Of a DNA stretch of 64,000 nucleotides, positions 1-11,242 are shown piece by piece. Origin of the DNA: Antedon mediterranea (lineage: Eukaryota; Animalia; Echinodermata); the NCBI RefSeq assembly GCF_964355755.1, contig NC_092675.1, positions 429,812 to 493,811 of the forward strand, given 5' to 3'. Each line of letters starts with the position of its first letter. Within the stretch, counting starts at the first letter, position 1. The position numbers were made by a program, and so were the translations under genes. A model generated the notes under the pieces. It ran no database searches. It worked only from the letters and a program-made list of their open reading frames with translations, and was not told the origin of the DNA.

Positions 1-332
1 AAAAGGTCAAATTGATTGCCAGCCAATGGATTTTTGGTTGAATTTTACCATTTATTATGTTACTTTATTAGTGAAAACATTTTTGTTTGTCATTTTTTTT
101 CCTCAATTTTTCATGTTTTTGGGGGACAAACCATCTGTAATGTGATTGCCGCTGTTGAATGTGTGTTTAATGCAAACCATTACCACAGTAATAATGTGAA
201 GTGCTAGAGGCTTTGTGCATTAAGTGCTGTATAAGATCGACATTATTATTATTATTATTATTATATAAAATATTGACTTTTTAATGACATGATATCATAC
301 CGTATTTGAAAAATGTTATTAGCCTCCCATCA

Positions 333-564
333 TTACTGTTTCAAGTCAGTATATGCTGGCTCCATTGATGAATATGTGTGCAAATCTTGATACCCAGAAT
401 TAACCCTTGCAGGTGGTGGTGGTGGTGGAACATTGTCACTACCAGCGGTTGGCAGGCTTATCTCATATTCTCTAGCAGCTGGTTCCATTGCAATATCATA
501 ATACGTAGGCATGTTCATCTCTGTGGTATCATCCTTTCGCTTGTTCTTCTGGGAATAATAGAAC
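333..564 (-). CDS. Terminal cytoplasmic exon with multiple Tyr motifs and a poly-Pro run
   Basis: RFYYSQKNKRK..PTYYDI..EYEI..PPPPPPAR..SGYQDLHTYSSMEPAYTDLKQ*. It is in frame with TM-B and has a basic juxtamembrane stop-transfer sequence. Confidence 0.85.
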
Positions 565-1337
565 CTAAGATAATGTATTAGTTCTGTCATTCTTTAAGTA
601 ATATTTAAACAAATTAACAACATTTTAAATAATTGTTATTCATTTGTCACAGAAAATGTGTAAAGGATATTTTTAAGTAAATACAAAATGAAAAAAAGAA
701 AATCAAAATCAAACGCAAATACTGCAATTTCTAAGATAAAGCACAGAAATACAGTTTCTATACTTTTTGCCATATTCTTAAAGGAAAAGTGCTTCTACTT
801 CCAAGCATAATTTCAGGTATAATTCATGGAGAAAGCCAATGATTTTCTTATCACTTACAGTAAGATTAAAGAAATGTTATAATATTCTTTGTAGTAGGTT
901 ATTAGTATTGAGACCAGAGTCTGACGGATAAAGAAGTAATGATAAAATTGCTGTAGCGCCATTATATGCACAAATCATCGCATATTTTTAAGCAGAATGA
1001 TGATCAATATTCTATGCAAAGTCATTCAAAACAATATTAACCTTATTTGAATTTTATTATTACTCCATCAGAATGGCGAGAGATTGTGTGGTCGATCGTG
1101 TGTGTGAGTGTGTGTGTTTCTTTCTATATTTGTTAGTTAGCAGGATTACTCAAAAAGTTATTGTCTGATTTTTAAAGAAGGTATGGCTGTATGGGAACAC
1201 GTAATTATATGTTCATATGCCTAGACGGAGGTTTGCGCTCTATTGAGTGCCCTTCTAGTTATACAGTATTAAACACAATTATGTTAAGCAGAGAAGTCCA
1301 ATAAATATTTTAAATTGTATATGGGCAAAACCAACAC

Positions 1338-1458
1338 CTGCAAAAAATGACCAAAACTGGACATATCACCAAAATGATGACAGCAAGAACAATTATTACA
1401 GCTATCAGGTAACCTGGTACTGTGTAGCTTGATGTGCCTTCACTGTCTTCACTGTCTT
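1338..1458 (-). CDS. Transmembrane exon B (EDSEDSEGTSSYTVPGYLIAVIIVLAVIILVICPVLVIFCR)
   Basis: TTACTTAG acceptor, ~24-residue hydrophobic run, phase-2 donor that matches the next exon. Confidence 0.85.
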
Positions 1459-1482
1459 CTAAGTAAAAACAACATTTTAACT

Positions 1483-1577
1483 TTTAAGGTAGTTGAGAAG
1501 GATCTCTGATAGAGATCGAAACGTTCGAGTAAGTACTCCGTTAACTTGTGCTTTTACAAAAACGAAATTTGTCATCT
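1483..1577 (+). mobile_element. Short insertion with 12-bp TSD, Penelope-like hammerhead remnant
   Basis: AACATTTTAACT at 1471 and 1578; contains TTGAGAAG-GATCTCT(GAT)AGAGATC-GAAACGTT. Confidence 0.5.
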
Positions 1578-2679
1578 AACATTTTAACTATTGATATTAA
1601 TGTACAGAAAAAAAAATTACTTTCATCTTTCTAGGTATATAGCCTAATAATACAGGAGAGAGACATAACATTGCATGCCATTAATAAGCCTACTATTAGA
1701 AAACAGTATCTTCAATGAATGAATTTATCAATACTTAATCATTACTTAAAAATAACATTGTTGAGGATTTAAATGTGTGATTCAGATTATGGTTAAGAAA
1801 TTAGACTGTAGTATAAAGGCATTTATCTTGAACCACATAACCTCAGTTTACCCACTCCCACCCAAGGGGATTTCCAATGTAGTTGAATTTGTTTGCTACT
1901 GTAACAATCTGACCATCAGGTCAACAACCCTTTATCACTATTTCTCCCTACTCCAGTTAGTACATTCCTAGTGGTTTCTTCCTGTCCCTAGGTACCCTTA
2001 ATTCACTTTCCTATAACCCACATCCTTAAATCAATAACTGTTTCCTCATCATCTAGGAATGTTCCCTTAAATAGTTCCCTCCCACTACATACCTATTAAT
2101 TAGGAACCTTAAATATGGATGTACTGGCAAAATAGAAAAGATAAGAGATGTATAGATTTGATGACAGATAACATCTTTGAGATAGATTGGAACTTTGTAG
2201 AATTTATAATTGTGGCTATATAGCCAGAGCAATGTGTATTACATTGAATATTGAATAAATATTGGACAAAAACATATTTGCTGTGTGACATCCTGCCACA
2301 AGAGACGATATAGGAACAAGTAACGTACAATCAAACATAATGTTACACTACCTCAAGTAGCCTACATGGACAATAATGTGCATAAGGAATAAACAACAAA
2401 TTCCAACCTTTAAATAAAGTATTGAAGAGCGACATAATGGAGTTAACTCTAAAGGAATAATAAAGCCTGGTTGAGCCTTTGATACAACTTGGTTATTATG
2501 GTTGTCCCACAAGAATTTAGATTTGTTTACAATCTTATATATAGGCCTACTCAACAGAACTTTATTAAAGCAGAAAGAGGTTTAAAAAAAAGTACCACCA
2601 TATAAATCACTGGTATAAAAAAGTGAAATAAAAGAAAATTATATTTTTATAGTAATACTGTATAAGAAAAAAGATTTAC

Positions 2680-2919
2680 CATTAACAATAATAACTGTAA
2701 ATTGACAGAATCCTGTATTCCCAGCAGTATCCATAGCAGAACAAGTAACAACAGTTGAACCAGCATTAAATAATGAACCAGAAGGTGGAGTACAAGTAGC
2801 TGACAGACCAGTATCAACATTGTCACTCACTGAGGGGTCATCCCAGGTCACAGTAACTTGGGTTGAGTTTGTGAATCTGGTCTTGTCATCAGGGCACACT
2901 ACATTGGAAGCCTCATTAT
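2680..2919 (-). CDS. HYR exon 8 (membrane-proximal)
   Basis: DNEASNVVCPDD..VTWDDPSVSDNVDTGLSATCTPPSGSLFNAGST..CQFTVIIVNG; phase 1-1. Confidence 0.85.
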
Positions 2920-3832
2920 CTTGTGGTATGTTTGTTAGAATAGGGAAAAAATCATACAAAATTTATCAAAGGAAATTAATGAAATTGAAATAAAAAGTAC
3001 AGTACTGTAGTCATTGAAGTGATTTATAAACCATCTCTCGCCAAAAGTTGTGCTTGCTTTTGCTGTATTATTCTGTGTTTCCTTACTATTTCTATTTACT
3101 GTACTGTTTAATCATTACTATTACAAAATCTAATTAATAGTAAAAATGGACTAAAATCTATGAATTTTAGGCTTAATTTTCCACTGAAAAATTCTATCTT
3201 TCACTATAAACAATATTTGATATTTCTCTACTAAAGCACCATCGCCCGCTTTGGTAACAACATTCGAAATCGCACTTGGTCGTCAACGAAACTTTTATGG
3301 AGAGAGATATGTACTCATTTACAGAACAAAAATGCACAATTAGCTTTAAATCGTTTGTGTGATTTTGATTAATTAATTGGAACAACTGGTGGAATTGTTT
3401 GAAAAAAAACCAGAATTAGCCTACAGTTTCAGTTTCATGACAAAATTGTGTAATTGTATAGCTGTCTTTCTAGCCTACCTAGATTGTTGGTTGTTGACAT
3501 AATTAACAGTATGTCTGTTATAAAAAAATATAATATTTAATATATTATAAAAAAACCCAAATACTGTAAATATAATTGTTTTGCAATGTAAATATGTTAC
3601 AAAAAAACCAAATCAATGTTACTGTTTTAATGTGAATCAATATAGGCCTACCTTTTATTCAATCTGTTTAGATGTTTTATAAAAAAAATAATGAATGTTT
3701 TTATATCCATGCTGTGGTACAAATAATTTCATTCGGTGAAAGAAAGGTCACATTTTCAAACTTTCATCTTTCACCTCTTGAAATTATTTGTACCCTTGCA
3801 TTCATAAACATTCATTATTTGTATAAATATAC

Positions 3833-3938
3833 CTTCTATGACTTGTACAGTAAAAGTGCAATTATCAGTATCACTATCAGTTACAGTAGAGTCAACTGGA
3901 AATGGTGAAACAGAAGATGCCATAAGCCTCGACAATGC
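3833..3938 (-). CDS. Degenerate C-terminal half-HYR exon
   Basis: ..FPVDSTVTDSDTDNCTFTVQVIEG|GTAT. Two in-frame acceptors are possible, so the 5' boundary is uncertain. Confidence 0.4.
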
Positions 3939-4046
3939 TACCATAAGAAACATAAACCTTGAAAATGTGTTAAGTTCATAAACTTGGTATTAATCAACTA
4001 AATAATAATTAAAATAGCAATAGACATTGCCAGGATGAAAACTCAC

Positions 4047-4603
4047 ATGTTTCACAGAATGTTCCATTATAATTTCCCAAACACACACATGTATATTCTG
4101 TACAGGAACTACCCGCTTGGACACATGCCGCTCCATTCTGACAAAAATTGTTACTGCAAGCATTCAATGCTAAATATAATAAAATAAAATAGTGTTATAC
4201 CTATTATATAAAGCTCTAGTTAATGAGTATAGACACATGTCTACTATGCAGCTGTCACAAATTTTACATGTCAGTTGATAAGCTACTGAGATACACAAGA
4301 CATTGTAAATGTCCAGCAACAATACAAGTACAAACTCATAACATGTATTATAATCTATGCATGTAACAGACTTCGGGTGCATTTGCGCCATCTTGACAGT
4401 TATACTATTAAAATCATCTTGATATATAAACTTGATTGTTTCCGTTTATAGATATCCCAACGACAAATAATGGCTAAAACACTTACCTGTTTCACAAACA
4501 GATCCAACATAACATGATAAACATAGACAAGTACCAATTTTACGAGTAGCATCGAGTTGACACGTGCCTCCGTTTTGACAAAGTAAATTGTTGCAAGGAT
4601 TAA
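4047..4603 (-). CDS. Two EGF-like exons (4487-4603, 4047-4169)
   Basis: NPCNNLLCQNGGTC..CLCLSCYVGSVCE and NACSNNFCQNGAACVQAGSSCTEYTCVCLGNYNGTFCE; canonical splice sites, phase 1-1. Confidence 0.85.
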
Positions 4604-5077
4604 CTGAAGAAAACAAAATGGTATACATTAATTTCTTATGCTTATTATTATACTATGGATGCTTAAATTTGTGATCCCTTTTTCATGTTGATGTAAATGC
4701 AGATACACTGAATGGGTTTTTGAGCATGATTACAAATTTTCGTTGCATTCTGTTGTTTAGTATAATTCTTGGATAGATGTATTACCATGACAACCCAGGC
4801 AAATGCTCCTTCTGAAATGAATTGCCATTTGATCAAAACAATTTAATCAATGTTAATATGTTCATAGAAAAATTTGCACATTTATATTTCTTTTCCATTT
4901 ATCAACACTTTTTTCATAATTTTCTAATATTTTTCTGTATTTATGTTCATCTAAAACTTTAAACATTTAAATAATAAAATGTGCTGCAGAAATTAATTAA
5001 TTATACTGAATAAAAATATACAATCATTGGGGCAAATTGAAAAAGTCTACTGCAATAATTATCTGTTGTGTTCTTAC

Positions 5078-5458
5078 TGTACATCTCCCAACGAATTCTA
5101 AAACCACTTTGCTCTACGTTTTTATCGGTTAAAAAGTACATCCAAGCTGAGTCAGAAACAATACTAATTTTTCCAGGTCTTTGACTGCCATCAAAATAGA
5201 ACATGTTCAGACTAGATATATGCTGTCCAGTTAAACTACCGATATCTAATGAAGTCAATCCAGCTCCTATGTACAACTCATCTTTAGGTCTCTCCACATT
5301 GAAGATGTTGTCAAAGAACATGTCAATTCTATCAACATTAGGAGCATACAGAAGGTATAAAGCACTATATCGAGCGACATACATGTTAGGATAGTTTGGA
5401 GAGCTGAATGTTCCGTAAAAGCATTTGCTTCCGTAACAAGTAAATATATCGCTGTTGG
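5078..5458 (-). CDS. CUB-like domain exon
   Basis: GTFSSPNYPNMY..FNVE..KDELYIG..WMYFLTDKNVEQSGFRIRWE; 381 nt, CAG/GTAAGA, phase 1-1. Confidence 0.8.
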
Positions 5459-5933
5459 CTGAAATATAACAATGTATACATAATACTTAAAATGTAGCAA
5501 TATACAAAAACATTCAAATCAGCCACACACTGTATATTTGTGATGGTGGGCATAAATAGAAACTAAAAGGGTTACAGTATAAATGAAGAGTCTGGTATGC
5601 TTTATGCTATTGCAAGTCCGAGATGTGTAAATAAAATATAGTTGTTTACTGTCGTCAGAAGAGTATTGGTCGGCATACGGTAACAAAACAAAGAATATAT
5701 ATACTTATCAGGTATTTGCGACGAAATTGCACCAAATACTCTCTATAAATTATAACACCCATTCACCCCAATTTAAGGTAATTCTTTTAAAACATATGTG
5801 TGAGTAGCAACATATATAGGTTTTAATACCACGGCCAACCCCAGCTGGGACATTTTAAACCGTAATGGGTATATTTTTGATTGAAGATGTGTTATTTATT
5901 CACTTTCTATATACCAATCCGAATAGAATATAC

Positions 5934-6404
<471 letters not shown>

Positions 6405-6979
6405 TTATGCATACAAGTGTCGAAGAAGAACTCATTGCGATTGTGGTAAACACCTACAAGTTTCTTTCTTATGATGCAAATTAGGGAGCAGCATTATTAT
6501 GAAAATCGTGGAGTTGTGATAGAAAGGACAAGCAAAGACAGTAGGGAGCTAGACATGGAACTACTGTAGCAGCCAACTACATTGTAGATTGTGGAAATAG
6601 ACCAGGCTATAATTGAGTGGACATTGTGGTGGACACTTAACATAATAAAGAAATTATTATTGGAGAAGTTATTCCATAATTTTGGATTTGGGAAGCAGAC
6701 GACGGTACTTTTGGAACATTATAACTATGTACCATGTAACACTTTGAAAGACAATGCTTTGTACGCTTTAATAATGTACCTGTGTGACAGGATTAATTTT
6801 TTTGCTGTTACAACACTATTTGGATAAAAAATATCACATCAGAATTCATTCAAAATATCACATAAAGTATATATGACTATGAAAAAAAAAATCAAGGGCA
6901 TATGCTGGTCTGGGTGGGGCAGTGCTGTACATTTCAGGGTAGACATGGAAATTGCTGGGGCAAAAACAATGATGAGAAT

Positions 6980-7447
6980 ATGCACTTGCACCTTCCATAT
7001 GCTAAAAATCAGTACTATTCAAAAAGTTCTAAATTTAACTGATGTACTGACCAATATATATTTAAACCTTAAAGAAACAAGAACCTCAAGTCTGTTTCAG
7101 CTCCTTGTCTGTGGAATCGGTTACCTTTACACATTCTATCAAGCAAGTCTACTGATGTTTTCAAGAGTGCGCTTAAGACACATCTGCTGTCGGCTGCTTT
7201 TGGCAATTTGTAAGATTTAATTTGTTTTGCTAGATACCCACATCACTGAGAACACCTGTATGTACTGCTGTCAGCACCTTATTGCTGGTAAATGGAAGCG
7301 GGTGATGTGGGTTCGATTGGTCTTGTTTTTAATTTTTTTATTTTTTTTTGTCAACATTATCAGTAGTATTTAGGTTTAAGGTTAATATGTTTCATGGTTT
7401 TTCACAAGCGCCTTGAGCACTTTTGTGGATATGTGCGCTGTATAAAT
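6980..7447 (+). mobile_element. Decayed L2/CR1-type LINE 3' end
   Basis: FKSALKTHL-like coding remnant and AAGCGCCTTGAG..GCGCTGTATAAAT tail; similar tails at ~200-262 and ~10650-10700. Confidence 0.5.
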
Positions 7448-8024
7448 CAGAGAAAATTTGAGAATATGAACTACATACTTACCTGTAAATTAAGTAGTGT
7501 AAATTAAAACTTTACCAAATTGAAAACCAAACCATTGAGTAATTTTAATATAAAATTTTAAAATAAAAGCAGACATAAATCAACAATGTGTGCTTCAAAG
7601 TGAAATAATAGAAAAATTACAATGCAAAGCAGAGGTAAACCATTTGCTGTAAGTTTGAAAACTTAAGTTTCAGAATGGGTCCCCCAACATAAACAAGAAC
7701 AAATGAATACAAACTGTACCCTAGTACATGAATACGGTACGATTATGGCTGGCCGAGGTGGAAAATGTTTTGGAAAGTGGAACCTCCAGAGTCAAATATA
7801 ACCGATAAACTACATAGGCCCTACACAAAAAATACATCCTGGAACATATACCACATCATAAGCAAGCAGAAATTGGAATTATAAATTGATTTACTTTTGC
7901 ACAGCCTACAAAATTGCACATGAATCCAGAAATTACTCATAGAAAATTAGCCTCAGACAACCTTACCCAGAAACACAATAGACACGTTTCGCGCTCGCGA
8001 CCAATCAGAAATAGTGGGTATAGA

Positions 8025-8832
8025 CAAAGAATATATATCACAAGAATGAGTAATCCGCGATTTTCCCTGTAACAGTAATATTGTCCATGTGGTAGGGCGC
8101 CGCCATGAGTGAGGATGTATCTGGGATGTATACAACTTTTTGTGACGGTTTCACTAATCAAAGGCTGGACCAACGGTAGTATTTTCATGATAAAAAATGT
8201 TATCAACTACATGCCAACATCATGTTAAATACTATTTGGATATTTAATTGTTCGTTTTATGCAATTTATTTAGTAAAAACTGCCGTATAAACAGTTTGCT
8301 TTATCAACCGGGCGCTATGATAGCGTGACTGGGCGTGTTGCTGTTTACGCGTTTTCACGAAGGATAGTTTAATAATATTCCTATATTTAACTTGTTTCTG
8401 GTAAAACAAATAAATGTTAATAACATTTAACATTTTGTCCTATTAATAACATGTATTTTATACTAATTTATATCATAAAAACAATACTTAATTTACCGGG
8501 CGTAGAGTAGTACACGGCAATGGTAAAGAATACAGTAGGCCGTGCTGAGTATCGATTCGTTGATTTTGGTGTTGCATGTTAGTAAATAATTGTCTGTAAA
8601 AGTGAATGTACACTAGTTTGTTAATAAATATGTATTATAAAATAGTTTACAATTGAAAAACTATTATCATAATTCTATTTAATGTGACATGTATAATATC
8701 TATTAAATCAAGTCTTATTTAGTATGTATACATCCGCCCTTATGAGGGCGGGCATCACTCACTGGAGCTCTCTGTTACAAATTTCTCATGCAAAAATCGC
8801 GGAATACTCATTCTTGTGATATATATTCTTTG
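8025..8832. mobile_element. MITE with ~40-bp terminal inverted repeats
   Basis: CAAAGAATATATATCACAAGAATGAGTA.TCCGCGATTTT at 8025 and its reverse complement ending at 8832. Confidence 0.75.
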
Positions 8833-9723
8833 GTATAGATTTGTAAACAAACCGAACACCTCTATCCTCGCCTATTATGTTGAAGCATAGCGAAATGGCG
8901 ACTGCCGAGTGCTTTCGTTGCAAGGTGCATCATAAATGTTGTATATGTTGGATAAATCGTGAATTTAACTACACAAAATCACTGAATAATATTCCTGTTT
9001 TTAATTTTCAAACACTTGCTGAGTGGTTTGCGTCGGCTCCGAAGGATAGTGGCGCAAAATCTTGGAAATTTTTCAAGGAAAGGTACGTCCACAATGTGCT
9101 CGTGTCTCTCCGCCCGCCCGGTGGCGTTGCCTGATGCGGTACTTCGTCTGCTAGGCCTAGTGGAGGCTTAGGTGTCTGTTTAAGCGCCAAAGAACATCAC
9201 ATAATACATGGAAGATGCAATAGGAGCATGAAGAAGAATGAAAGATAATAATTAATATATTTACGCAACATTTGTAAATAAAATCAACAGTTAACATGTA
9301 TTAAATGCACCGTAATATATTATACTAGGCCTAGGCCTATGTCTCAAACCAAAAATGACAATACATAAATAAAGTTGATGATTCCGAACCAAATGCCTTT
9401 AGGAAGGATCTAAATCTCCCTACTCCAATCCAGGAGTTCTTCTACGCATGTGTAGATATCTACTACGTCATCGTATATATATCGTATTTTATTTGCGGTC
9501 CGGCCATGTAGTATATTACTCGCACATCGCTATTTTATACCGTATTACTTAAATATATATCGCTTTCTCATACCATCCCACAGCTATATAGGCTAAGTGT
9601 ACCAAACATTTGCAGCAGTTGAAAAAGATAGTATAATCGGGTTATGTTTATGCTGTAGGAAAAAGGAGAATCATTGTAAACGAACTAATCATGCCTACTA
9701 TTCCGGAATCCACTGTATAGCCG

Positions 9724-9942
9724 TACCTGCCCTGACGTATGACAAATAATAAATATATTATTTGTCATCCTTCAGGGCAGGTATACGGTACGTACAGTGG
9801 AATCATACAATACCTGCCCTGAAGGATGACAAATAATATATTTATTATTTGTCATACGTCAGGGCAGGTATACAACGGCTATGTAGCCTACAGTCAGTGG
9901 AATCATACAATCCTGCCCTGACGGATGACAAATAATATATTA
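9724..9942. repeat. Cluster of 60-bp hairpin units in mutually inverted orientation
   Basis: 9724-9783 and 9811-9870 are exact reverse complements, each an imperfect palindrome; a third, partial copy starts at 9912. Confidence 0.85.
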
Positions 9943-10030
9943 ATAATAAAAATTAATGGTGAAAGATGATTTGTATTATCATGGGTAGTACCTACAAACA
10001 AAACAGCAAGTTGATAAAATGAAACAGCAA

Positions 10031-10469
10031 TAGATGGAATCAGATGCATAACATAAGCAATGCTGTGGGTACAGTGTGGCTTGATCTCAATAGAGTAAAA
10101 AGATGCATAACAGATGCATAACATAAGCAATGCTGTGGGTTACAGTGTGGTTTGATCTCAATAGAGTAAAAAGATGCATAACAGATACATAACATAAGCA
10201 ATGCTGTGGGTTAGGGTGTGGCTTGATCTCAATAGAGTTAAAGGAAAGAAAAATAATAGATGGAATCAGATGCATAACATAAGCAATGCTGTGGGTTACG
10301 GTGTGGCTTGATCTCAATAGAGTTAAAGGTGGAATCAGATGCATAACATAAGCAATGCTGTGGGTTACGGTGTGGCTTGATCTCAATAGAGTAAAAAGAT
10401 GCATAACAGATGCATAACATAAGCAATGCTGTGGGTTATGGTGTGGCTTGATCTCAATAGAGTAAAAAG
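10031..10469. repeat. Minisatellite, ~70-bp unit (GATGCATAACATAAGCAATGCTGTGGGTTAC..GATCTCAATAGAGT), ~6 copies
   Basis: Direct tandem repeats visible. Confidence 0.9.
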
Positions 10470-10497
10470 AAAGAAAAATAAAAAGCACAAATGTTAA

Positions 10498-10540
10498 TCA
10501 AAACCATACTGGTGCAAAGAAACAGCAACAGAAAGAAATT
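10498..10540 (-). CDS. Candidate short terminal exon after TM-A (RISFCCCFFAPVWF*)
   Basis: TTTTCAG acceptor at 10541-10542, phase-2 compatible with TM-A, stop at 10498. There is no homology support. Confidence 0.3.
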
Positions 10541-10774
10541 CTGAAAATAATGAGTTGATAAATTTATTCCAAAACTTGGTTAGCAATGTTTCTCTGCTTC
10601 TTCTTCATTTTTTGGTTATTGTAAGATATTTAATGGATCAATTTTGTGTGTAAAGCGCTTTGAAACATTGTATAAGGCCTTATATAAGACTATTATTATA
10701 TTGTTTTATTTAAATAATATTCAAGTTAGGTTAGCTGTGTTGTATATTTAAAAAATGAAGTACAAAAACAACAC

Positions 10775-10856
10775 CTGCAATAAAAGACCAAAACTGGAAA
10801 CATCACCAAAATGATGACAACAAGAACAATTAGTATTGCTATCAGGTAATCTGGTA
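10775..10856 (-). CDS. Transmembrane exon A (VPDYLIAILIVLVVIILVMFPVLVFYCR)
   Basis: Clear nucleotide paralog of the TM exon at 1338-1458, with the same phase-2 donor CAG|GTGTTG. The acceptor is inferred at TGCAG (10857-10858). Confidence 0.65.
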
Positions 10857-11242
10857 CTGCAGAATATCCTCCAAAATTAAGTAAAAAAGAATGAAATATT
10901 TATATTGTTTAAAAAAAGCACATTTTGTATTGAATTGGCAAAGTAGGAGAATCTAAAAAATGTAGAAATTTGATTTTCAACATTTATCTTTATTACTATC
11001 ATGAAAATTCTCTATGAGGCAGATTTTCTAGATTATATCACCAAAAATTAATAAATAAATGCTATGAAAAATAGTTGTACCAATTATTAATTGTATTGCG
11101 TTTGTATGGACAATTTTCTTTATGTTTTGAAATGTTGGATTTAAACTGAATCTAACCATCAAAATTTCCAACATTAATATTACTACAGCATTAACAGTCT
11201 AAAACATCATAGTTTACTAACAAAACTAACAAGTTGTACATA

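Noticed and set aside
8834-9500. CpG-rich stretch as first exon/promoter of a second receptor gene
   Set aside because: No ATG-hydrophobic leader followed by a phase-1 donor on the minus strand; it is more likely TE-derived, though not excluded.
9903-10488. ORFs with repeated HSIAYVMHL / SIEIKPH
   Set aside because: Translations of the ~70-bp minisatellite.
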